NCBI RefSeq assembly: GCF_009914755.1 | Contig: NC_060926.1 | Reading direction: 5' to 3' (one strand) | DNA length: 64,000 nucleotides | Source: the human T2T-CHM13v2.0 reference genome, Homo sapiens | Part shown: in pieces, positions 31,751 to 48,238 of the stretch | Position numbering within the stretch: position 1 is the first letter of the stretch | How the letters are laid out: the number at the start of each line of letters is the position of its first letter | Position numbers and translations under genes: made by a program | Notes under the pieces: generated by a model | The model's input: only the letters and a program-made list of their open reading frames with translations | Database searches by the model: none | What the model was told of the DNA's origin: nothing

Positions 31751-34700
31751 GTATTCTCCTCCACAACTGGCTAAAATCCCTAGATTACTTTTCAGCCTTT
31801 ATTCTTAAATAACTCTGCCCTCCAGCCCCATTGCCATACACTTGCTCTTGGCCACTGCTCTTTCTCCATTTTCTCTAACTATAACCTCCAGATCCGCAGA
31901 ACTCCAATAGCACATGGTACTCTCCAGTGCAGAGCTTCTGCACGGTGTGCAAAGTACCATGAATGGGTGGCAGGTACACTGAGATGCTGATCCTTCCATC
32001 TGCAAGGCAGCCACCGAGGGCCCAGAGCAATGGAAACCCTCAAGCCAGTGCCTCAGGAGGGCTTGCTCTCTTCAATATTTTTTGTGTGTCATAACACAGA
32101 AAAAGCTGCGAAGCACTGTTCTAGTTTGACTAACTTGGTAAACAAACATATCTTGAAACCGACCATGTTCCAATTATTCTGTTAGGTATTGGAGCAATAT
32201 AAATAAAAAGACAGTCCCTTATAATCTGGAAAAATAGACATCTAAGTCAGTATAAGACATTGTGATAGGAGTACCCAGGTAATGGTATAACAGAATGTTA
32301 ACAAAGAAAACCCCTGGACATGGTTTGAGAAACAAAGAGAAGAGAAATCAGTCAGCAGATGAGAAATGGCTGCCTCTAGCTAAGGATCAGATTTCTCAGG
32401 GAACCTGGAATGCAAACCTCATGAAGGCAGGGACAACTTCTACCTTATTTACCACCATATCCCAACACCACACAATGCCTAGATTATTCCAGGTATTAGC
32501 TACATTTTGTTGAATGAATAGAGTTCACACTCCTCTTCTTATGCAATGTGACCTAGTAACCAAGGGTTCATTTTTGCCAGTCTCTAGAGAATTACAAAAC
32601 CATTGGGAACATGGTGACCTTTGGCTTTAGTCTGCTGGGATTAATTGATCCCTTTCTGGGGACTCTGATAATCTGGGTATTTCTCAATTCTGCATTAAAT
32701 CTAAGTACAAGAATTCATTTTAATTAAGTCAACATATGTTTATTTAGTGCCCACTATGATGGAAAGTTATTATTTTACTAGAAAATTTACAGATTTCACA
32801 ATATTCATTTTAAAAAATGTTATCTGCCAAATAAACCGTGTAAGAAAAGTGAGGTTCTAGACAGGTCATATTTTTTTTTAAAACGAAACAGGGAAGATCT
32901 AGTTCTGAGAAGAAATAATTAAGTACTGCTTTAGCCCAGGAAGAAACACCTAGGAATAAGAAGAAGAAAGAGGGAAAGAATAAGTTGAGAAGTTGAATTC
33001 AGAAAAGGGAAACACTCACTAAAACAAATCAAAAAGAAAGGCAGAGTGAGTGCAGATGGTCACAGTTCATTTTATATCTATTTATGATGGCATTAGATCT
33101 TACCCTCTGCAACAATAAATCTTAGAATTCAAATTTGTCTGGTGTTTTATTTCCTCTTACTTCATAAACACAGCCCCAAATAAATAAAAACAAAATAAAT
33201 AAATAAAAAAGAGAAAATTACAGAAAATAGAGTTACATCTATATTACATTCAGTTATGTTGAACTATAAAAATACTACTGTCAAATAGCACAGCTGTCAA
33301 ATAGAGTAAACTCCAAAAATGTGGAAGGAAGACATGCATAAAAGAAACAAGAGTGCAAACAATTCCCACCAATAACGGGTGTAATTATTACTCTGTCTTT
33401 ACTTAATCCCTGGGATTCACAGTACTTCAAGAATTCCTGGTAGCTGAAAACTGTACAATAGGCAGAAAGAATGATAGTCCTCTATCCTTAAAACTGGTTC
33501 TCCTCTGGGCCAGTCAAAAGTCTCCTTTTGTTTCTAGCATTGTTCCCCATCTAATCAAACCATCAAAATTCCCTTAGAAAAAATGAATCTTTATAAAGTT
33601 TTCCCTTTTGTCTGCCCTATTAGTCTATTAACTCTCATCTTTTGCCTGGGGTGAAAATTCATACTTCAGAAGGAAGAAAATCAAAAACAGAAACAAACTA
33701 TTCTTGAGAAGCGGGTGGACAAGCATATTACAAACGAAGAGGTTAAATGAAGCTAAAAATCAGAATCTGAAATTCAATTCTACCAATAATCCTAAAATTG
33801 AGGATTAGTTACTTAGTTGTTTTATCATTGTATATCCATCCTCCACCCCACTTCTCATCCACTACAACATGAAGAAATCTCTTAAAAGCACCATTAGAAT
33901 ATAGCAGAACTGACTGGGTCAATTTTAAGTATTTCTTCCCGTATCTGGAAGGCTCGTGATCAGTGAAGTGTTCAAAAGATGAAAAGTAAAAGGAAACTGA
34001 ATGAGGGGCAGGACTATATTTTTGATTCTAAGATTTTATAAGCAAACAGAAAATCCATGTAGTCTATGAACTAGATAATCAGATAGTGAATCATCAAGAA
34101 ACAACATAAATTTACTAAATATCCTAGTGGTTATGAGAATTTTAATTAATTTTACATTTTCCTTGGGCTTGTACTCAGTATTTGCTGAACAATCAAGTAG
34201 TTTATTATCTTACAAATTGAAAAAAACCAAATAGTTGAAATCATTTTCATTAAGAACAAAATTACTCCTTATACATACATATTTACTTCATCTTTATTAC
34301 AAGATTCTGTCACGGTGAATAACTACAAATAGTGGCACAGATTACTTATCAATGGGTTTAGTAACTGAAGAGATAAACTATTAAAATTTCACATGATCAT
34401 TGACATGTTGATAGTTTGGTCTTTGCATAGTTTTCTTTCTTTTGGAAAATTTAAAAAAATAATCTATAGTATCTGAATAACACCTCGCCATAAATGTTGT
34501 ATATTATGAAAATACATTTCTTGCGAATGGAATCTACGAATGTCCAATATGTGTCTTTCAACATCTTTAACTGGATTTTTCTGGAACACATATATTTGGT
34601 CTTGATCTCAAACTTTTCATCACCTGCTTTACATACCTTTTTTGTTCAAAATTAAAGACAAAATAGAGAACACATAGATTGTAAGGTTTTTTCCCAAATA

Positions 34701-36297
34701 CTATTTCTCCATAACTACCTTTCAGAGGAAACTTTCTGAAATGTTTGGACAAAAATAAATACAACTTATCATAACTAAACTTCTGACTGACACTTGCTTA
34801 AGTAAGTTTTATTTTGGCTGAATACTCAGAACAAGGCCACATATCTCAAATAAAGAACAACGAGGAATTCAGCATTTTGGCTTTCAAAAAGTCATGTCAA
34901 CAGTGTATTGTATTTTAAGGATGCAAAAATGCATCAGACTCATTTAATCCATTCTATTATTCTTTGTAAAGAACTAATTTTTTTGTTTCATAGATTTTTG
35001 GGGGAGTATTAGCTGCCCTTTTTCTATTTTATAGATTTCTCTTTATTAGTTTCTTTCTTCTACTCACTTTGGATTTAATTTGCCCTTCTTTTTCTAGTTC
35101 CTCCAGGTAAAAACTTAAATAATTGATTTTGGCTCTTCTTTCTTTTCTAGTATAAGCATTTAAAATTATAAATTTCCCTCAAGTACTGCTTTAACTGCAT
35201 CCCACAACTTTTGACATGCTGTGATTTCGTTCAGTTAAAAATATTTTCTATTTTCCTTTGTGATTTCTTCAAACCATCCATGTGTTATATTTAAACTACA
35301 AAGTTTAATTTCTACATATTTGGAGAATTTCTCAGGTACATTTTTGTTACTGATTTCTAGTTTCTCTTGTAATCAGAAAACACTCTCCATGATTTCTATC
35401 TTTTAAAATTTACTGAGACTTTTTCTATAGGCCAGAATATGGTATATTTTGGTGAACACTCCATATGCACTTGAAAAGAATACGTATTCTCCTACTACTG
35501 GGTAGTGTATTCCGTAAAAATCAATTCAATCACGTTGGTTGATAGTGTTTTTCAAGTCTTCCCATTCCTTTCCAATTTTTTGTCTATTTTTGTACTATCA
35601 ATTACTGGGCTGGGAGTAATGAAATTTCCAGCTTAATTGCAGAATGATCTATTTCTGGTTTTAGTTTTCTCAGGTTTTATATAGTATATTTTGAAGGTGT
35701 CAACTGCATACAGATTCATGATTTGAATATCTTCTTGATGAATCAATCCTTTTATCATTCTATTGGATATCTAAAGCTAGGTAACAAATTATTCTAAAAC
35801 TTTGCAGCTTAAAATAATAAACATTTATTAAAATAACAAACACTGGTTCTGCCGATCAGAAATTCAGAAATTCAGGGGTAGCTTAGTTGGGTGGTTCTGG
35901 TCTGGGGTCTCCCATGAGGTAGCCGTTAACAGGTTGGCTGGGGCTGCAGTTATCTGAAGGCTTGACTGGGGTTGTTGGATATGCTCCCAAGATGGCTCAC
36001 ACACGTGGCTCTTGGTTGGAGGTCTTCGTTGCTCACTATGTGAACCTCTCTTCATCCATAGCAGCTGACCTCTCTCAGAGCAAATGACTAAGTAGAGAGC
36101 AACTAAGTTGGAAGCCACAATATCTTTTATCTCTTCTACCATATTCTATTCATGAGTCACAAAGTCCAATCAACATTCAAGAGGAGAAGAATTAGGCTCT
36201 ACCTCTTAAAGAAAAGTATATCTAACAATATGAAGACATATTTTAAAATCACCACAATCATTATAAAATGTCTTCTTTATCCCTGGTAATGTTTCTT

Positions 36298-36635
<338 letters not shown>

Positions 36636-36926
36636 TGATATCGATATAGCCACTACAGCTTCCTTCTGATTAGTGTTTGCATGGTTTATTTTTCCTTATC
36701 CTTTTAACCTGTGCCTTTATATTTTAAGTGCAGATAACATATAATTATAGATGGCATATAGTTAGGCCCTGCTTATAGATAGCGTATATAGTTGAATCAC
36801 TTTTTTCCCCACTCTGAGTCCCTTACATGGATTGTTTAAACCATTTACACTTAATGTAATTATTGATATGGATTTGCTCAAGTCTAGCATCTTGGTACTT
36901 GTTTTCTATTTGTCCCATCTGTTCTT

Positions 36927-37313
36927 TGTTTTAACTTTTAATTTTTATGGGTACATAGTAGGTGGATATATATATGCGGTACATGAGATATTCTGATATA
37001 GGCATACAATGTGTAATAATCACATCAGGGTAAATGGAGTATCTATCACCTCAAGGATTTATCATTTCTTTGTGTCATGAACATTTCAATTATATTCTTT
37101 TAGTTATTTTTAAATATATAATATATTGTTACCTGTTGTCCTATCAAATACTAGATCTTATTCATTCTACCTAACTATATGTTTGTACTCATTAACCATC
37201 CCCAACTCCCCCCGCCACACACACCCTCATACCTTTCCCTGCCTCTGGTAACCTTCATTCTACTTCTTACCTTTCCCTGCCTCTGGTAACCTTCATTCTA
37301 CTCCTTACCTCCA
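36927..37313 (-). mobile_element. 5'-truncated L1MA (MA2/MA3-like) 3' end
   Basis: TTTTTATGGGTACATAGTAGGTG...AATAATCACATCAGGGTAAATGG; TSD CCATCTGTTCTT at 36915-36926 and 37314-37325. Confidence 0.88.
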
Positions 37314-37432
37314 CCATCTGTTCTTGACTACATTTTCCTCCCTTCTTTTGAGTATTTTACTATTTCATTTTATCTTTTCCATTTATACATTAGCTATTTC
37401 TCTTTATTTCTTTATTAGTATTTACAAGATGC

Positions 37433-37727
<295 letters not shown>

Positions 37728-37752
37728 ACTACGCTATGCATTTTTAATTTAA

Positions 37753-37972
37753 CAGAATTAGGATCCCTAACCCAAAAATCTGAAATCCAAAATGCTCTGT
37801 AGTTGGAAAAGTTTTTAGCCCTGACATGATGCTCAAAAAAATTGTTCATTGGAGCATTTGGGATTTCAGATTAGGGATGCTCAATCAGTAAGCATACTGC
37901 AAACATTCCAAAGTCCAAAATCTAAAACATTTCTGGTTCCAAGCAATTTGGATAAGAGATATTCAACCTGTA
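37753..37972. mobile_element. Tigger4a (MER46A/Zombi) MITE
   Basis: ATCCCTAACCCAAAAATCTGAAATCCAAAATGCTC...GGATAAGAGATATTCAACCTGTA. Confidence 0.85.
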
Positions 37973-38369
37973 CTTTCAAATAATATTAGATCACTTCATA
38001 TATATTGTAAAAGCCATTCTTGGTACTATATTGGTTCATACATTTACTTCTACATAGATTATAAGGCCCACAATACAATATTCTCCTGTTTGCTTTAAAC
38101 AGTCAATTGTTGTTTAAAAGGATTTTTTATAAAATTTTAATGGGGAAAGAAGTCTCCTGTATTTACCCATATATTTGCCACCTCCAGTGCTCTTTATTGT
38201 TTTGTGTATTTCTAAATTCCCATCTGGGATCTCTTTTTCTTCAGCCTGAACATTTTCCCATTACATTTCTTGGTGTGCAGGTCTGCTGGCCATGTGTTCT
38301 CATAGCTTTTGATTTGAAAATGTCTTTGTTTTGTCTTCATTTTTGAAGGGTATTTTCACCTGGTATATA

Positions 38370-38699
<330 letters not shown>

Positions 38700-38779
38700 T
38701 GACTAGCATTTAAGTTACTTGCAAATCAACTTGATCCCTTCCAGGCTTGTTGTTAAATTCTGTTAGGGTAGGTCTAGAC

Positions 38780-38964
38780 GAGAGTTTCTCCACCTTGACA
38801 CTACTGACATTTTGGGCCACATAATTTTTGGTTGAGGGGATGGGGGCTGTTCTGTGGACTGCATAGCATTTAGCAGCATTCCTGGCTTCTATCCAATGTA
38901 TGTCTGTGGACCTCCCAGTTACGACAACAGAAATGTCTCCAGAAATTGTCAAATGTCCTCTGGG
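38780..38964. mobile_element. MER20 (hAT-Charlie)
   Basis: CACTACTGACATTTTGGGCC...TTTAGCAGCATTCCTGGC...AAATGTCTCCAGA. Confidence 0.85.
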
Positions 38965-38989
38965 ATCTCTTACAGTTCTCTGCCCAAAG

Positions 38990-39528
38990 CGTATTAAAAA
39001 GTTAACATAGCAGATGCAAATGCTGCCTTTTGAAAGCCCTGCTTACAAGGTTGGCCCCTAGCTAACACCTGGGAACTTGGATTTTAGGATCATTCTGAAC
39101 ACCCTGTTAAGAGTGGCTCACAGTGCCTAAATTATTTGTGTAAACAATATGGTTTGTGCTGAACACCTGATTTCTTTGTGAAAGTCTGGAATTTTGGTAT
39201 GTGGCAGGCAGAATGTGACTACCCCTAATAAAAATCCTGGCACTGAGTCTCTAATGAGCTTTCCTGGTAGACAACATTTCACATGTGTTGTCACAACTCA
39301 TTGCTAAGGAAATTAGGTGCATCCTGTGTGGCTCCACCAGAAGAGGACTCTTCGAAGCTTGTTGTGCCTGGCTTCCTCCAAACTTCATCTCATGCATCTT
39401 TTCCCTTTGTTGTTTTTTTGCTTTGTAGCCTTTCACTGTAGCAAATCTTAGCCAGGAGTACATCCTGAGCCCTGTGGGTCCTCCTAGAAAGTCATCAAAC
39501 AGAGGGTGATCTGGGAACCACCAACACA
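38990..39528 (+). mobile_element. MER68/MER21-group solo LTR
   Basis: TTAACATAGCAG...CAAGGTTGGCCC...AATAAAAATCCTGGCACTGAGTCTCTAATGAGCTT...CACA. Confidence 0.8.
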
Positions 39529-42500
39529 TCTGGCCATGGGGAGTTTAACTGTAGGCATGCATAGCTGAGTATCTGGCAACAAACTCAAGGGATCCTATGC
39601 AGATGTGTGAAGTTCTTTTTCTGCATAGCTCCCTCCTCTCTGGCACTTTGCCTCACAAGTCCCAGTCTTTTCAGCTTCACTGACCTCCAATCTCTCTCCT
39701 CCCTCAGCTCTGCTACATGGTGGATGCATAGTGCCTGCACTCAGAAACCTGTGGTGATCCCAAGACTGACTCTGTTCCCCTCTCTTAGAGATCCCTGTCT
39801 GCACTGCCTGTTGTCCAGTGTTGGAAACAGTTCTTTCATACATTGTGTCCAGTTTTCTTGTTACTTGAAATAGGAGGGAGGACCAGTGCCAGTAACTCTA
39901 TCACGGTGGAAAAATAAATTCTCATTGTAATATATTTTAATTGGGATATAAACTGAGCTCATTTGAGGCATAAAGCTACTTTTTGCAATCCAGAAGCTTT
40001 CCAACTCAGAAAATAAAGTTTTATGTATCTGCAAAGGACACTAATACTGATTACCCCCTGGTGTTACTATAGTACTATTATCAATGTTTCCTCTTACTCA
40101 CTTAGTCTAGCTCTTGATAATTTTTTCTTCACTTCTTACCCACATCTTTTTCAATAGGACCATTTCCTAGCACTCCATCCCACCTGCCTGTTTATCTGAA
40201 TCTCATTCATCTATTTGTTCCAATGGAGATTTACTAAGTACCTACTAGGAGGTAGCCTAGTGTGGTGATTAATAGCTTGGAATTTGTTCCAGGCTGCCTG
40301 GGGTCCAAATTCTTACTAGCTTGTGGCCTTAGACAAAGTACTTAACCTTTCTATGCTTTAGTTAAATGGACGAAACAGTATCTCCCTCATAGAGTTGTTG
40401 TGAGGGTATTTGAAGGAGATACTTCCTGGTGGAGAGGAAGATCTATAGAATGCTTAATGCTAATACTAATAATAGTGCCAAGCACTATCATAAATATTGG
40501 ACAAAAATGAATAAGATACAGGAATAAGATACAGCCCCTTCCCTCAAGGAGGTTACAACCCAGTACAGGACACACAACAAGAAGATTTTTTTTTTCCAAA
40601 TATTTGATAAATATTCAGATAATCATTGTAAGAAAACATTTACTGTGCACTAAATAACATTCTCTGTCACTTAATCCTAGTGACACAGTTAGAGACTACT
40701 GTTATATCCAGGTTACAAATAACAAAACTGAGTACTTGAAGGTTTACACAATTACCCAAAGTCATTCAGCTGCTATATAGCTGGGATCTAAACCCAGGTA
40801 GCCTAATTCCAGAGAAATAGAGATTTACTGGCTCACCATAGCATAATGGTTAAAAGCATAAGCTCTGGAATCACAAAAGAAAACACCATTAATTCTCCCT
40901 ACTAAGGCCAAGGAAGAGATAACATTTGGGTTACGCTTAAAGGAGGAATAAAATTTCACCATGCAGAAACAGGGAGAAGCAACCACAAAATGATGTAATT
41001 AAGGATGGGGAAATAAAATGGCAAAGTGTGTGTATTTAGGATACTGAGACTTTTTTTGATGAGGTTATAACATAAAATGTACTTGAGGAGAGAGGGAGAG
41101 GATGAAGCAGAAGTCAGTTGGGGTCATTTCTGGCACAGCCTTCATACGAGTGTAAATTCTATCCTGAATACTTTCCAAACCTTTTCACATCAGGGCATAC
41201 AAAAATAAAACATTTGTACAGCATACTGCAGGAAATGAACCCACCTGTTTGCTGCTGGAGCCCACAGGTGACCAGCGCAGCCAGGATCTATTGCCCGCTC
41301 TCCCCTAAGGGCCGAGGGGATTGGATATGGGGTGTGAAATAGAGAGCTGGGATTCCAGTTTAGATGATTAAGGGATGGAGAGAGATGCCGTGACAGGAAA
41401 TAGAGAATTTAGAAGGGTAAGCTGGGAAAACAGAACAAGTTTAATTCAGGATATGCTGTCAGGGGCCTGCAAGACAATTAGGAGAGAACTTTGTAATACC
41501 TTACCAGAGATCAGGAGAAAAATCCTACCATTATCTGACTCATCAACCCACACTTTCCAAAATCCTTGCTTTCTTACCTTAATTAATTATTACCCCAGTG
41601 TTGTGTTCAAGCCATATGTCCAATGTCTTTTGGATCCATGAAAAAGAAGATTGAATATTTTTTGGGAAATGTGTTTATAAATATGGGGAGAAAGTAGAAG
41701 GATTAGAAGGAGAGGGGGTGAAAATGACTTGCATTTTTAGAAAAGGTGACAAGTGCGGCTTTTGATATATCTTTATAAGAGCACAGCCTACAAAATGGTT
41801 CTAAAAAGTTAAGGGGAATAGTTTGTAGCCAAACAATTAAATTCACTGGGTATTAGGGAAGGTACAATGCAATTGTGCAACACTGGAATTTGACCAGGTC
41901 ATTAGGGTCAAGTAGTTAAATGTAGAAGGTACTTCTGATTACCTAGAATATGAAAACGTCTGTTTTCCTATGCATTAAAGGAAAACTTCTAAATCACACT
42001 GTCTTTCATTTCTCTTGTCCCTTAATTCTGAATGTAACCAATGATACTTAAGTGGTACAACTGGAGGGGAGAAAAGATAATACTCCCAAAATACAGATGA
42101 GAAAATGTTTTAATTAGTGATTTTGAAGTAGTTAATGTGTGTTAACAACTGTGGTTCTATAAAAAGAAACCATGCGGAGAATATACCAACATTTAGTTTA
42201 TGTTTTCACAAGTATATGCTGACTGTCTCATTATTAAGTACACAGAGCTCAAAAAAAACCAGTGCTACAGAGAGTGTACACTAACTGTTAAACATTGTAG
42301 AAGAGGTTGAGAGATACTGGCTAATGACTACCATAAAAGGAGTAGATGACTAAGAACAGAGAGGATGTGTGACTAAAAAGTCCCTCTATGGTTCTTTGAA
42401 AATTCCCTGAATAACTAGGCATGCCAAATGTGGTCTGTCATAAAATTATTTGATGCTAAACTCTGTAGTTAGACGACAAATATACGCTGTGTCCAAAGGA

Positions 42501-43095
42501 GAAAGTCTTTGTATAGACCATTTAATTGCAAAGTGCCAAGACAAATCAAGACCATTAATAAGTGAAAGTGTTAATCAAATTAAAGTGTGACCCAGAGTTC
42601 AAACACTCCTGGGCTAGATTGGGCTCACTCTACAGACTCATTCAATTTTTAGGGGGCATGACCACTGTGCAGCGGCCAGGCACTTTGGGCCACCACTGCT
42701 CCTTTCTACTCCTGAAAATGTACAGGAAGTATTGCTTCTCACAGATCCTTGAACACTGTAGAGTAATACTAGCTGGCACATCACAGCCTATCTCTAGTAA
42801 ATCAACCTTTTCACCCCAAAGGCTTACTTACCACAGCTATACCAAAACTGCAGATATTAAAAAAAAAATCCCAGTACACATTTGGAAATGTATCATAATT
42901 CCCCTACACATACAACCGTCTCTGAATATGCTAATTGGAACAACCGATTTTCTTTAAAAATGTTACTTTTCCCTCAAGTAATAACTCCAAATTATTATAA
43001 TAATGGTAATAGTTACTACTGTTACGTAAAAACATCATTTGATCCTTAAACTCATGAGGTAGGTTTCAGATGGGGAGACATATACAAGGTCATAT

Positions 43096-43620
43096 CCTTT
43101 AAGATCAGACTGGAAGCCAGGCACAGTGGTGTGCCCCTGAAATTCCAACTGCTCAGGAGGCTGAAGTACCAGGATCGCTTGAGCCCAGAGAGGCAACACA
43201 GTAAGATCCTGACAAGGTCTCGCTCTGGGTCCCCACACAAATCTCATCTTGAATTGTAATCCAAATTGTAATCCCCATGCACTGGGGGAGGGACCTCGTA
43301 GGAGGTGACTAGATGATGGAGGCAGTCCCCCCATGCTGTTCTCATGATAGCGAAGTGAGTCCTCACAAGATCTGATGGTTTTATAAGGGGTTTTTCCCAC
43401 TTTGCTCGCACTTCTCCTTGCTGCCACCATGTGAAGAAGGACGAGTTTGCATCCCGTCCGCCATAATTGTAAGTTTCCTGAGGCCTCCTCAGCCATGCTG
43501 AACTGTGAGTCAATTAAGCCTCTTTCCTTTATAAATTACCCAGTCTCAGGTATGTCTTTATCAGCAGCGTTGAGAATGGACTAATACAGATCTCATCTCA
43601 TATCAAAAAAACAAACAAAC
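43096..43620 (+). mobile_element. Alu monomer (FLAM-A-like) split by a THE1 LTR
   Basis: Body 43096-43209, tail 43594-43620; TSD ATCAGA(C/T)TG(G/A)AA. Confidence 0.75.
43210..43588 (+). mobile_element. THE1C/D solo LTR
   Basis: CAAATCTCATCTTGAATTGTAAT; GTAAGTTTCCTGAGGCCTCC; ends GACTAATACA; TSD GATC(C/T). Confidence 0.92.
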
Positions 43621-44053
43621 ATCAGATTGAAACCCAAGTTTGTCTAACTTCAAAACCCATGTTTGTTTCACTACACTACATTGTTTCTTGATACTCTTCT
43701 GTTTGCTAAAATACATATTACAGACATTCATGGGAGAAAATATATTGAGTAACTAGTGACTCAAATGGGGAAACAGTTTTGAATGACTACAGGACTGTCT
43801 TGTAAAACACAGCAATGACTTTTTATGCCATGTGATTGAGGTTTTTTTTTTTTTTTTTTAGTTTTAGTTTTGGCTTTCCTAGTGTATGCCTGTTATGTAT
43901 CCCTCTAGACATGTCTAGAATACTATATCAAATTTCACTAATATACAGTCCTTTAGTAAAATGTATACCCTCACCATGTGTGAATCCTGCATATTTAAGA
44001 ATCCATATTCCACGTATACAATGAAAAATAAGCAAATCTTTACTCATCTTTAG

Positions 44054-44443
<390 letters not shown>

Positions 44444-44679
44444 CCACAGCCTTCTTTAATTCAAGATAATTGATTGAAAAATAAAGAATGAAGCTTACTT
44501 TCCTTATTGGTATTTTAATAAATCCTTACTGGTATTTTAATAATCCCATGTACAATGAAGAACAGATTTTATAAAAAGTTTAATTTTCTGAAATGATAAA
44601 TTGTAAAATGGCACTTTGTTCCCCTAAAAGAATACAGTCAAATATTAAAAATATATACCATAATCACAGGGGATATTTA

Positions 44680-45612
<933 letters not shown>

Positions 45613-47872
45613 TCCAATGAGTGAACACTTTTATAATTTTAGGGTGGAGAAAGCCTGCCTAGAAAGATACATCTGACTACATAACAATCAGACGTTGGGG
45701 GACAAACTGGCAACATCATAAAATATTGTAATGTACGTTCTGCTAGACTCAGCAAGCCCATACCTACAAATGTACCCCATGGAGAAAAATGAAAAAAATG
45801 TGAGAAAATGTTAGGTTTAAATGATGTTCCCAGCAGCACAATGCCTACAAGAGTACAATGAAAAACAAGACAGATGCCTGGAAATACTGGTTTGTTGAAT
45901 AAATTATTATACATTCACATTGGAATACTATGCTGCCATTTAAAAAGACAGTCTATACTGACATGGAAAGATCCCCATGACTCAAAGTAACAGAAAGCAA
46001 AACAGCATCTATAGTATGATTTTATTTATATAAAGTTATCTATCTCTCTCTCTATATATATATATACCCTGGGGGAGGGTGGGGTCTAGAAGCTCATTCA
46101 TTAAAATGATGCCAGTTGATTCTGGGTGGAGGGCTTGCGGGAGGGGGGTTATGCCTTTATGGTTTGAATCTCTTGCACAAACGTATCTTTATAATCACAC
46201 AAAATCATAATGCAAACCACACACATGCACATACATAAAATCAGTATAATTTCCAAAGGAATTAAATTTACTCTGGAGTCGGTTAAGACATAAGAGAATT
46301 TTAATCTTTTCATATGGCAATGTAAGCCTAAAAATTTATAAAATTGACCTAATAGGAATAACTCCCCTCTCTTTTCATTCTAGAGATATAAGACCTAAGG
46401 GAAAGGCCTAGGCTAGACCAGCAACCAACTGAAGCATCCTGAGGAAATAATTTGTTTTATCTTCGGAATAAATGAACGATGCTCTTCGGAACCTTCCCCA
46501 TCCCTGAACTTGCTACCGCTCAAATAATGGTATCTTGTAAATAATGCTCTTCTGAATTTGCACAAAAAGCAAAGGTATATGAGGAACTATGAGGGAACAA
46601 ATGAAGGCCATAAAGACTTGTTCAGATGGTTGTTGTGTCAATTTTGACCAGTCAGAAAAACTACTTGAGAAAGCATCCAAAACGCAAGGGAATTATTTTG
46701 TCCAAAACCACCCAGTATCTCTTCTTTGCTACAAACTCAAACATACCCACTGCTTATCCCCAAATCCTCAGACATAGAATCAATTTGAAGAGTAGTAAGT
46801 AAAATACTTGGCATGTATTATCAAAGGCAAGATTGATAACAAGAAGAGGTAATGTAACACAACCTGTCAGTCTACTACACTAAATAGTACAACCAGCACA
46901 TCTCAAAGTCTTGTTTCAATGGCCCATAATATTCTGAAGTATTTAAATTCTCAAGAATTCTACCTTTGAAACAGAAACCTCTCTACAGGGTAGCATAACT
47001 AGTACAATAAACCCAAGTTAATTTTGTAAATTTGCCCTACTTCTTTAAAAATTAAGATATATGAGAATTCAAGGATGTTAAACTCTAACTCAGAATTTAT
47101 GTATTCAAGTACAGGCAGTCTAGCCTGGTGGTTAAGGCCCTGGCAGTGGCTGATATGAATACAAATCTTGGCGCTGCTGTATACTAGCTATGAAGTCTTT
47201 GGCAAGTGACTTAACCTCTCTATGCCTCAGTTTCTTCATCTATAAAAAAGGGGTAACAACAAGACCTGCTTCACAGAGGTGTAATAATTAAATAAGTTAA
47301 TATATGTAAAACCCTTAGAATCTTTTCTGGCAAAAAAAATGCTCAATAAATATTAGCTACTGTATGATTATGAGGCATAAATTATTCTAATACTCTAATG
47401 CTATGGGATAGCCATAGAACTAACCAAACTAAATTTAACTTTTAAGACATCTATTATTCAACTCATCATGGTTCTGACTTTTTAAAAAAGTAGTGAATAA
47501 TGAACTTTAATTCTTCAAGGCACTATTAAGCTCAGTGGTAACTAAATGTTATTCCTAAGTTTACACAGTACCATAGTCTCAAAGCACTAAGAAGCTTAAT
47601 TTAATTATTTTCTGAACCAAAACTGTAGTAATTCTTTTTCAAATAGACAATTTCTAAATGTGAACATGTTTATCGTGGCTGCCAGCTTCATTCTGAAAAA
47701 GAAATCTTTACAAACATGACAGGTATACTTCAAAGAAGTGGTAATGGGAAGCTTATGCCAGTTATTACTAAAAATTTGAATGGGACTATTGCAAAATCCA
47801 AACATGAAAAGCTTCGTACTCAAAACTGACCTATCTTAGATGTATTGTTTTCCCCCCACACTATCAAAATGA

Positions 47873-48238
<366 letters not shown>

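Noticed and set aside
42562-42957. 131-aa ORF in non-repeat sequence
   Set aside because: GTG start, no recognisable domain, and a length compatible with chance.
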